In this document: positions 38,319-46,285 of the stretch, piece after piece
Position numbering within the stretch: the first letter of the stretch is position 1
How the letters are laid out: the number at the start of each line of letters is the position of its first letter
Source of the DNA: Elusimicrobiota bacterium
GTDB taxonomy: Bacteria; RUG730; JBDRED01
Assembly: GCA_043820025.1 (NCBI GenBank)
Contig: JBDRED010000005.1
Coordinates: 20,442 to 84,441, forward strand
Direction of reading: 5' to 3'
Length of the DNA: 64,000 nt
Notes under the pieces: model-generated
The model's database searches: none
Seen by the model: the letters and a program-made list of their open reading frames with translations, nothing else
What the model was told of the DNA's origin: nothing
Translations under genes and position numbers: made by a program

Positions 38319-39079
38319 AATTATTTTTTAGATCGTTAACTTTAGTATTCCTTTTTGTATGCTGTATACAGATCGCCGGCGCTGTTGATACTATTGAAAT
38401 ATCAGTCGAGGTTACGGAAATCAATAACACAAAGGCGAAAGAATTAGGTATTAAGTGGCTGGATAGTATTGAGGTTGTGGAAGAGGGCTATACCGGATAC
38501 ACAGATGGAGCTGATCAAATAGTTATTAATGGGACTGAGCTGGATGTTATTAATAAAATAGGCAAGATAACGCCTTTAAGAGCGGAATTAAAATTTTTGC
38601 AAGAGAATGGCGCTGCGGAAATTTTATCTAAACCAAAATTAATTACTAAATCAGGAAGCAAGGCAAATACACTTATAGGCGGCGAGTTTCCGATAGTTGT
38701 GCCCGGCGTAGGCGGGGCTCAAGGCACAGTTGAGTGGAAGAAATATGGTATAAAGATGAATATTTCGCCGGAGGTAATATCTCGAAATAACGAAAAAATT
38801 ATTGCGTTAGATTTAAATACCGAAGTCAGCAGGCTTGATTGGGCAAATTCTGTTCAGGGATTTCCTTCAGTTACTGTGAGACAGGCAGAATCATCTGTAG
38901 AGCTTAAGAGCGGACAGACAATGACTATTGCAGGACTTATTAGAACTCTAGAGAAAAAAGACAGGGCAGGACTTCCTGTGCTTGGCAGTATTCCTCTATT
39001 AAGATATTTTTTTTCTCATGAAGTAGTAACTAAGGAAAAATCTACAATATTAATTTTTGTCACACCAAAGATATTATAA
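38315..39079 (+). CDS. Minimal secretin (CpaC/RcpA-type secretin core only)
   Basis: 254 aa with a signal peptide. IEISVEVTEINNTKAKELGIKW...AEILSKPKLITKSGSKANTLIGGEFP...MTIAGLI...GLPVLGSIPLLRYFF...TILIFVTPKIL is a typical secretin C-domain. No N0/N1-type domains precede it. Confidence 0.8.
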   Translation: MKLFFRSLTLVFLFVCCIQIAGAVDTIEISVEVTEINNTKAKELGIKWLDSIEVVEEGYTGYTDGADQIVINGTELDVINKIGKITPLRAELKFLQENGAAEILSKPKLITKSGSKANTLIGGEFPIVVPGVGGAQGTVEWKKYGIKMNISPEVISRNNEKIIALDLNTEVSRLDWANSVQGFPSVTVRQAESSVELKSGQTMTIAGLIRTLEKKDRAGLPVLGSIPLLRYFFSHEVVTKEKSTILIFVTPKIL

Positions 39080-39082
39080 TGA

Positions 39083-39592
39083 ATGACTAAACTAGTCGCT
39101 GTCTCTAATTATCCGAGGACTGCTATTATGCGTTTCATAAAAAAAATAATTAAAAACAATAAGGGGCAGGCTATTGTTGAAACTGCGCTAATCATGACAA
39201 TAATACTCATGATTCTTATAGGCAGTATGCAGTTGTTCATTTATGTTTTTTCCAGCTCTTTGGGAAATCATGTAGCTTATAAAGCTAACAGAGTTTACTC
39301 GGTTTCTCCTGAGGGCTGCTTCAGGGATGTGCTGACAGTGGCCAGATATTTTATTTTTTTTAAAAATGGTTTTATGCTGCCTACGTCCACAGATGAAAGG
39401 ATAGAGGATATCGAAGGCGGATATCAGATAACATCGATATATTTGACATTTAAAACAATAATCTTTGGCAGGAAAATTATTCGAGTATTTGACGGATGGT
39501 TATGGAATAGTCATAAATCGAGATCAAGAATGATTAAGTCTCCGGATTCTGAATTTCATAATAAGGCATATCCCGGAGCAAGCGAGTTTTAA
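39083..39592 (+). CDS. TadE-like pseudopilin
   Basis: NNKGQAIVETALIMTIILMIL is a TadE-type N-terminal motif (G / xxxVE then a hydrophobic helix). The true start may be ATG 39128. Confidence 0.7.
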   Translation: MTKLVAVSNYPRTAIMRFIKKIIKNNKGQAIVETALIMTIILMILIGSMQLFIYVFSSSLGNHVAYKANRVYSVSPEGCFRDVLTVARYFIFFKNGFMLPTSTDERIEDIEGGYQITSIYLTFKTIIFGRKIIRVFDGWLWNSHKSRSRMIKSPDSEFHNKAYPGASEF

Positions 39593-39593
39593 C

Positions 39594-40670
39594 ATGTTTA
39601 ATATTAAAATAAAATTAAAACTAAATAACAAAGGCCAGGTACTGCCATTACTATTCAGTGTGATCTTTGTAATGATTATTCTTTTTTATATGTCTCTAAA
39701 TTATGGCAAGGCTGTTTATAGGGCAATGGAGGTGCAGAATGCTGCGGATAACGCGGCGCTTTCAGCAGCGGCATACAGGGCAAGGGTTTTAAATTATTTA
39801 GGATGTATGAACCGAAAGATATCTGCATGCCTTTATGGCGGTACTGTAATACCTTTGCCTACGAAGACAGATTATTTGGCTTCCTTTGCTGAGTGGGGAT
39901 TATTGCACTATAATGATTTCATGTTTGTTGCTTCTCTTTTTGGAATCTGTCCCCAAGTAGGAATTCCTATATTGCCTATGCGTTTTGTAGATAGTCAGAA
40001 AAAAATTGGGCATGTAGTAGATTTTTCACACATGTTTTGTCCAGGGACCGATTGTGGTTCGGAAGATTGTAAAGTTATGATTCAAATAGATAGGTTTCTT
40101 GTTAATTCAATGATAATTCTTCAAGACATTGTTATAACTGCTTATCCAATAACAGAGAATGTAATTATATATCAGGTTGTTGAAGCTAACTGCGAGGGGG
40201 CAAGAGGCGCTCTGGTACAGGGATATAGCTTGGGTCTGGAACGTAATAAGAAAGGCGTTAAATACATGAAGACAAACTCAACCTGTATAAGCTGGCCTCC
40301 CGGACCTTTTTGGCCCGGAGGCCATATTCATTTTGCAACTGCAGAAGATTGGAAGGAAGATAAAAAATCATGGCTGTATGCAGATAAAAAAAATAATGCT
40401 TTTGATAAAAGTCATAAGATGATAGTCGGCGTAACAAAAAAATATGATGATAATCCTTTTTGGTTTTCAGATGAGCGTCTGCCTATTTGGGGTAGATATA
40501 TAAGAACTGCATCAGCTTCGACATATAATCCTAATGGCTCTATGTTTGTATCGGTTGAGAATAATGAAATTTCGCCTGTTTTTAAGGCTTATAAATCTGC
40601 GGCTGATCCGGGCTGGAAGGCGCACCAAGTTCAGGATTTAATGATGGCCGGATTGATAACGAATAGCTGA
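39594..40670 (+). CDS. TadG-like pilus assembly protein (Tad N-terminal domain)
   Basis: NNKGQVLPLLFSVIFVMIILF...YGKAVYRAMEVQNAADNAALSAAAY matches the TadE/G-like N-terminal family pattern. 358 aa. Confidence 0.65.
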   Translation: MFNIKIKLKLNNKGQVLPLLFSVIFVMIILFYMSLNYGKAVYRAMEVQNAADNAALSAAAYRARVLNYLGCMNRKISACLYGGTVIPLPTKTDYLASFAEWGLLHYNDFMFVASLFGICPQVGIPILPMRFVDSQKKIGHVVDFSHMFCPGTDCGSEDCKVMIQIDRFLVNSMIILQDIVITAYPITENVIIYQVVEANCEGARGALVQGYSLGLERNKKGVKYMKTNSTCISWPPGPFWPGGHIHFATAEDWKEDKKSWLYADKKNNAFDKSHKMIVGVTKKYDDNPFWFSDERLPIWGRYIRTASASTYNPNGSMFVSVENNEISPVFKAYKSAADPGWKAHQVQDLMMAGLITNS

Positions 40671-40771
40671 TTTGGGGTCAGGTCTCTACATTCCACATTT
40701 GTAGCTGATTTGGGGTCAGGTATCTACATTCAACATTTGTGTATAAAATGTGGAATGTAGAGACCTGACCC
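40664..40771. repeat. Family B palindrome with tandemly duplicated left half (2 x 38 nt) overlapping the TadG-like stop codon
   Basis: Units 40664-40701 and 40702-40739 (agctgatttggggtcaggtNtctacattcNacatttgt) differ at 2 positions. The right arm aaatgtggaatgtagagacctgacccc is at 40745-40771. The stop TGA at 40668-40670 lies inside unit 1. Confidence 0.92.
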
Positions 40772-40784
40772 CTAGGAGATTTTA

Positions 40785-41279
40785 ATGAAATTGGTTAATG
40801 ATAAAGGCCAGGCAATAGTTGAAACCGTAATTTTTATTCCTATACTTATTATGCTGGTTTCCATGATATTTTGGGCAATAAATGTTGTTCTTACAAAGCA
40901 GCAGCTTGTATCTGCGGCAAGGTTTGGGACGGATATGATTTATTATACTGAGATGGGCGAGGAAACCATAAAGGAAGAAATTGTGAATTATCTTTGCGGC
41001 GAGCCCGGAGAATCGAATAATAATGAGGATGAAGATAGAGAAGCTGTCGGGCGTAAACTGGACACTGAAAAAATACAGGAAATTATTATAAATATCGATC
41101 GCAGCGGCGGGCTTTTAAATTTAGGCCTTTCTAAGGTTTCTATTAAATATGTGATAGATGTGCCAAAGGTATTTACAGTAATGGCAAAGGCAATTAGGGC
41201 GCAGACTGAGGATGATCCTGAAGGAATAATTATTGAAGGTAAGTCTGCAATACTAGCGGGTTTCGAAGGAAGAATGTAA
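40785..41279 (+). CDS. TadE-like pseudopilin
   Basis: NDKGQAIVETVIFIPILIMLVSMIF N-terminus, the same processing-like motif as the ORF at 39083. Confidence 0.7.
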   Translation: MKLVNDKGQAIVETVIFIPILIMLVSMIFWAINVVLTKQQLVSAARFGTDMIYYTEMGEETIKEEIVNYLCGEPGESNNNEDEDREAVGRKLDTEKIQEIIINIDRSGGLLNLGLSKVSIKYVIDVPKVFTVMAKAIRAQTEDDPEGIIIEGKSAILAGFEGRM

Positions 41280-41366
41280 ATATGGAATTGAGAATCGGGA
41301 ATAGTGAATTGAGGTAAGGTCAATAAATAAAAGCAATGTATTATAATTTCATGGAGGAAATATTTT

Positions 41367-42248
41367 ATGAAAAAACAGGTATTGTATGCGGTTGTTTTAG
41401 GAGGGTTAACAGCGCTTTTTATGTTTGCTTATATAAGCAAGGTTCAGATGGATTATAGCCGGGGAGCGGAGAAGGCGACTGTATTGGTTGCAAAGCAGTA
41501 TGTTGATCAGACAGTGCTTTTAGACAGTACTATGTTTATTGAGAAGAAGGTGCCTAAAGACTATATTCAGCCTAGAGCTATAGAGTCTTTAAAGGATCTG
41601 ATCAATGAGGAAGGCAACTCAGTTTTTATGAGCATAGTCCCTATTGAAGAAGGAGAGCAGCTTGTTGCGACAAAGCTTTTAATGCTTGGCGTTGAAACAG
41701 GTATTGCCGCTGTTACGCCTTCGAATATGCGCGCAGTAACATTAACGAACATCAATGATTCGGTTAAGATGATTAAACCGGGAAATAGAGTGGATGTTGT
41801 TTTAACATTTGAGTATGACGATAAAGACGGAAACAGCAGTGAGGTTACAAGCACAATATTACAGAATGTACTGGTTCTGGCTGTGGGAAATCAGATAATA
41901 GGCGGTATGCAGATAAGTTTAGGAAAGGATAAAAAAAATGTAGTGAGCGCGCAAGGGCTTAATAATATAGAAACTATTTCACTCGCAGTATCTCCATCAG
42001 ACGGTGAAAAATTAGCTCTTGCGTCGGAAAAGGGTGAAATTACTTTTTCACTGCGGCCGATTGGCGATGAGCAGATTTATGAATCAAAAGGGGTGCAGAT
42101 GTCAGATCTTGTGGGTAATATTAACATAACTTCCGGATCAGGCGGTAATAAAGGGCACGGATCGTCGGAAAGTAATGATTATCTTAAGATGGTGCAGAAA
42201 CAGCAGGCAGAAGCAATGAAATTGTTGCAAAAATATAAAAAGCAATAA
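41367..42248 (+). CDS. cpaB: Flp pilus assembly protein CpaB/RcpC
   Basis: N-terminal TM, a SAF-like segment (VLVAKQYVDQTVLLDSTMF...GEQLVATKL), and an RcpC-like beta-clip (RAVTLTNIND...IKPGNRVDVVLTF...ILQNVLVLAVG). Confidence 0.8.
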   Translation: MKKQVLYAVVLGGLTALFMFAYISKVQMDYSRGAEKATVLVAKQYVDQTVLLDSTMFIEKKVPKDYIQPRAIESLKDLINEEGNSVFMSIVPIEEGEQLVATKLLMLGVETGIAAVTPSNMRAVTLTNINDSVKMIKPGNRVDVVLTFEYDDKDGNSSEVTSTILQNVLVLAVGNQIIGGMQISLGKDKKNVVSAQGLNNIETISLAVSPSDGEKLALASEKGEITFSLRPIGDEQIYESKGVQMSDLVGNINITSGSGGNKGHGSSESNDYLKMVQKQQAEAMKLLQKYKKQ

Positions 42249-42263
42249 TTTAAGGAATAAAAA

Positions 42264-44345
42264 ATGGCAAAGATTATATCAATACTGGGTTCTAGTAATA
42301 AAATAAATGACTCAGTAGCCGCAGTTAATTTAGCATGCGCCGTAAAAGGATTAACTAAAGGCAAAGTTCTAGTGCTTGATTTTTATCAGAGCGATATATC
42401 GCAGTGTGAACTGCTTTTAGATTATTATCCGGAGAAGAAGATAGGTAATGTGATTGAAGTTATGGATAAATTAGACGCAAATATTTTAAAGGGGTATCTG
42501 CCTGCGCATGATAAAACAGGCGTTTCATTATTGTCAGGGTATTCTGACTGCGCAATGGATTTAACAAAATCGGATATTCAAATTCTTATTAAACTTTTTT
42601 CTAGTGCTTATGACTGCCTTGTGATTAATACTAATAAGAATAATAAAGAAATTCTTGAATCGGTTTTAGATCTTTCAACTGATTTGGTATCTGTTATTGA
42701 CCCGGAGGTGCTCTCATTAAGGAAGATAAAGGAATATATAGATTTTTTTAAATCAAGGCACCTCCCATTAGATCTGGCGCAGTTTGTTAGAGTGAAAACA
42801 GATGCTGAACATGCGCTAACACAAGAGCAGGTAGAGGAATATATCGGTGTTAAAGCTCCTCTATTAATTAATTTTTCAAACGATCTTGTTACAACGTCAA
42901 TTAATAAAGGCGTTCCGTTCTTAATATCAAAACCGCATAGTGATATGTCCAGACAGTTTAAGGAACTTGCTAATATTCTTTTAAACAGTAAACAATCTGA
43001 TAAGGCAAAAAGTCAAAATGATGAAATTATTGACGCAAAGGATCAAAGAAGAGATGATAAAAGAAATGAGGTTGATTATAAGGCGTTAAAAGAAAAAATA
43101 CATAAGGATTTAATAGCAGAGCTTAGGATGAAGAATGTTGATGTAAATGCATTAGCTGACAGCAATCAGGCTGAATATATTAGAGAAACAACAAAGGAAA
43201 CAATTCGAGACCTTATAGCTTATGAGGGCGGTTCTTTATCGAGAGAAGAAAGATCTAAATTTGTTAATGAGCTTATGAATGAGGTTTTGGGCTTAGGTTG
43301 TTTAGAAGAACTTTTATGTAATCCGGAAATAACGGAAATTATGGTTAATGGGCCTGATATGATTTATATAGAAAAAAAGGGAAAGCTTACTCTTAGCGGT
43401 TTAAGATTCCCGTCTACAGAACAACTTATGACAGTTATTGACAGAATAGTATCTCCTCTTGGAAGACGCGTTGACGAATCTGTGCCATTGGTGGATGCAA
43501 GGCTTGCTGACGGTTCGCGCGTTAATATTATTATACCTCCTTTGGCTCTTAATGGACCAACAATAACTATAAGAAAATTTTCTGAGAGCAAACTTCAGAT
43601 TGAAGACTTAATTAACTTTGGCGCTCTTACGCCTGATATGGGCGAGATTTTAAAAATATGTGTTCAGCTTCGTAAGAATATAGTCGTATCAGGGGGAACA
43701 GGCAGTGGAAAGACAACTCTTTTAAATGTAATATCATCCTTTATTCCGTCGGATGAGCGTATTTGCACAATTGAGGACTCTGCGGAATTAAAACTGCCTC
43801 AGGATCATGTTGTGCGATTAGAATCAAAACCGGCGTCGCTTGAGGGAACCGGCGCTATTCCAATACGAAGGCTGGTTATAAATGCTCTGAGAATGAGGCC
43901 TGACAGAATCGTAGTCGGAGAATGCCGCGGCGGAGAGACGCTTGATATGTTACAAGCTATGAACACAGGCCATGACGGGTCTCTTACAACGCTTCACGCT
44001 AATAATCCCAAGGATGCGATCTCTCGTATCTCAACAATGGTAGTTATGGCAGGAACAGAGCTCCCTGAAAAAGCTATTAGAGAACAGATAGGTTCTGCTG
44101 TGCATTTAATTGTACAGCTTAATCGTCTTTCCGACGGATCAAGGAAGGTTACTGAAATAGCAGAGGTTGCCGGTATAAAGGATGATAAGCTTCAGATAAA
44201 TTCATTATTTAAGTTTAATCAGCATTCAGTAAAGGATGGGAAGGTATCAGGTGCGTTTGAGCCTACAGGCAGTCTTCCGACATTTTACGAGGAGATTGAG
44301 CGCCACGGCCTTAATCTTGATAAAGGTATCTTTAATAAAAAATAG
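42264..44345 (+). CDS. Fusion of a TadZ/CpaE-like degenerate ParA/MinD domain (N-terminal ~240 aa) with the CpaF/TadA secretion ATPase
   Basis: The N-terminus IISILGSSNKINDSVAAVNLACAV...KVLVLDF...YDCLVINTN...DLVSVIDPEVLSLRKIKE has a MinD/ParA-type layout but lacks the GKT lysine-threonine. The C-terminus has the CpaF core: ITEIMVNGPD, Walker A SGGTGSGKTTLLN, Asp box TIEDSAEL, Walker B RPDRIVVGECRG and His box TLHAN. Confidence 0.85.
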   Translation: MAKIISILGSSNKINDSVAAVNLACAVKGLTKGKVLVLDFYQSDISQCELLLDYYPEKKIGNVIEVMDKLDANILKGYLPAHDKTGVSLLSGYSDCAMDLTKSDIQILIKLFSSAYDCLVINTNKNNKEILESVLDLSTDLVSVIDPEVLSLRKIKEYIDFFKSRHLPLDLAQFVRVKTDAEHALTQEQVEEYIGVKAPLLINFSNDLVTTSINKGVPFLISKPHSDMSRQFKELANILLNSKQSDKAKSQNDEIIDAKDQRRDDKRNEVDYKALKEKIHKDLIAELRMKNVDVNALADSNQAEYIRETTKETIRDLIAYEGGSLSREERSKFVNELMNEVLGLGCLEELLCNPEITEIMVNGPDMIYIEKKGKLTLSGLRFPSTEQLMTVIDRIVSPLGRRVDESVPLVDARLADGSRVNIIIPPLALNGPTITIRKFSESKLQIEDLINFGALTPDMGEILKICVQLRKNIVVSGGTGSGKTTLLNVISSFIPSDERICTIEDSAELKLPQDHVVRLESKPASLEGTGAIPIRRLVINALRMRPDRIVVGECRGGETLDMLQAMNTGHDGSLTTLHANNPKDAISRISTMVVMAGTELPEKAIREQIGSAVHLIVQLNRLSDGSRKVTEIAEVAGIKDDKLQINSLFKFNQHSVKDGKVSGAFEPTGSLPTFYEEIERHGLNLDKGIFNKK

Positions 44346-44361
44346 TTGAGGTATAGTAGAT

Positions 44362-45240
44362 ATGACAAAAGTTTTTGCGTTATTGGCAATATTATTTTCA
44401 GCGCTTTTTTCAGGATATATAATTTATTTACTTTATAGCGCAATACAGGCGGCTAAGTCTTCGAAAAAATTTGATTACTTAAATCTAAGAAAGCTAAAAA
44501 GACTCGACAAAAAATTATTAATAAGAAATATGATTAATAATCCATATTCAAAGGTTACAAAAAATATTAAATGGTCTGTTAGCGTATTATTCTTTATCTT
44601 TTTAATGTTTGCGCTAGGCGATTTTATTTATTCTCTTTTAGGCCTTATCGGCATATTTGTGATTATAGGCAAGGCGCTGATAAGAAAACATAAAAAACAG
44701 ATAAACCTTTTTGATGCTCAGCTTATAGAAGCATTTGGAATGCTGGCTAATTCTCTAAAAGCAGGGCAGTCCTTACTGCAAGCGCTTGAGACAATGCTTG
44801 CTAATTCCAAGCCGCCGGTGTCTGTTGAATTTAGCGAGGTTTTAAGAGAGGTAAAGCTTGGCAAGTCTTTTGATAAGGCGCTTATTTCACTTGGGCAGAG
44901 AATTAAGAGCAAGGATTTGAGCATGGCAATAACATCAATTAATCTAGCGCGTGAGACAGGAGGTAACTTATCTGAGATATTGCTAAAAATTGCGTACACT
45001 ATGCGTGAACGAAAAAAACTTTACGGCAAGATAGACGCAATGACAACCCAAGGAAAGTCATCAGGGGTAATATTATCATTTGCGCCATTTGGCGTTTTAG
45101 GCCTTATGTATCTTATTGAACCTGAGATGATAGGATTAATGTTTACTACAACATTTGGAAAGGTAATGCTGCTTTTGTGTATAGGAATGGTGCTTATGGG
45201 TATGCATGTTATTAATAAGATAGTTGATATAAAATTATAA
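44362..45240 (+). CDS. TadB-like type II secretion system F-family inner-membrane protein
   Basis: 292 aa with TM segments flanking a T2SSF-like cytoplasmic domain (LKAGQSLLQALE...EVKLGKSFDKAL...LARETGGNLSEIL). Confidence 0.8.
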   Translation: MTKVFALLAILFSALFSGYIIYLLYSAIQAAKSSKKFDYLNLRKLKRLDKKLLIRNMINNPYSKVTKNIKWSVSVLFFIFLMFALGDFIYSLLGLIGIFVIIGKALIRKHKKQINLFDAQLIEAFGMLANSLKAGQSLLQALETMLANSKPPVSVEFSEVLREVKLGKSFDKALISLGQRIKSKDLSMAITSINLARETGGNLSEILLKIAYTMRERKKLYGKIDAMTTQGKSSGVILSFAPFGVLGLMYLIEPEMIGLMFTTTFGKVMLLLCIGMVLMGMHVINKIVDIKL

Positions 45241-45321
45241 TAAGTGTTTTAGTGTTTAGGTGTTTAAGCTATTATAATATTTCCTCTCATTTGTGACTTG
45301 AGGGGTAGGGAGAATAATAAA

Positions 45322-46212
45322 ATGTTATTAGTTTTTTTTCTTGTGCCTATATTAGCCGGGGTTACGATGGGGGTTATTGTCGTAATTGTTTTTTCTTTTT
45401 TTCAAAATATTCAGATAAGGCAGAGATTGTCTATTGAGGAAAAGGGCAGCAGGGAGCTTGCTCAGGGGAATCTTTCAAGAATATTCATGTCTGTAGCGTC
45501 AAGCGTTGGTCGCGCTGTAATCAAGGTTAAACTTCCGATACTGGAAAAAATTAAGGTTGAAATAGAGAGAAATTTTACTATTCTTGGGAAGCCGTATATT
45601 AATATCTCTCCTTATCTTTGGGTTGGTATTCAGATCATGGCAGGATTAGGTTTAGGCGGATTTTTATTTTTTTATGTATCAAAAAACTTATTATTTCTTC
45701 TAACCGGCCTTATTATAGGATTTTATGCTCCGATAATTGCTATCAAAAATAAGGTAAAGAGTAAATATGAAAAGATATTTAGCGAAATGCCTGATATTTT
45801 AGATCTTTTAACATTAATGGTAGAGGCCGGACTTGATTTTTCTAACGCTGTTCATAGGCTTGTGCAGACAGAAAAAGGAGAGCTTGTGAATGAACTGGCT
45901 CATGCGCAGGAGGAAGCTAAGCTTGGAAAATCGAGAATACAGGCTCTTATTGACATGTCAAAACGCGTTAATTTTCCGCCTCTTACAAATGTTATTAATT
46001 CTGTCACACTATCGCTTAAGACCGGTTCGAGCATGGCTCCGACGCTTAGGTCGCTTTCAGAACAGTTTAGGGTTGAAAGGACTCAAATGGTAGAAAAGCT
46101 GGCTGCTAAAGCTCCAACAAAACTTATGTTTCCTCTTATAATGTTTATCTTTCCGACAATATTTATTGTTATCTTCGGCCCTGTAATTTTATCATTTATT
46201 TATAATAGATAA
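45322..46212 (+). CDS. TadC-like type II secretion system F-family inner-membrane protein
   Basis: T2SSF-like domain (PDILDLLTLMVEAGLDFSNAV...EAKLGKSRIQAL) with three TM regions. Start moved to ATG 45322. Confidence 0.75.
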   Translation: MLLVFFLVPILAGVTMGVIVVIVFSFFQNIQIRQRLSIEEKGSRELAQGNLSRIFMSVASSVGRAVIKVKLPILEKIKVEIERNFTILGKPYINISPYLWVGIQIMAGLGLGGFLFFYVSKNLLFLLTGLIIGFYAPIIAIKNKVKSKYEKIFSEMPDILDLLTLMVEAGLDFSNAVHRLVQTEKGELVNELAHAQEEAKLGKSRIQALIDMSKRVNFPPLTNVINSVTLSLKTGSSMAPTLRSLSEQFRVERTQMVEKLAAKAPTKLMFPLIMFIFPTIFIVIFGPVILSFIYNR

Positions 46213-46221
46213 TACTAGCGC

Positions 46222-46285
46222 AGAAGTCAGAATCCAGAATCCAGAATCCAGAATAATTATAATCAGTTCTTTATTCTATATTCTG
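46222..46285. repeat. Tandem heptamer element, family D: tcagaat + (ccagaat)x3 with downstream inverted attct units
   Basis: The heptamers at 46227-46254 are followed by attctatattctg (46273-46285). The element sits between the convergent genes tadC(+) and the minus-strand gene ending at 46276, so it may act as a bidirectional terminator. Confidence 0.7.

Noticed and set aside
40664-40771. Possible CRISPR array, because of directly repeated 38-nt units.
   Set aside because: There are only two contiguous copies with no spacer between them. The units are halves of a palindromic family B element also seen at 32244-32304, and no cas genes are in the window.
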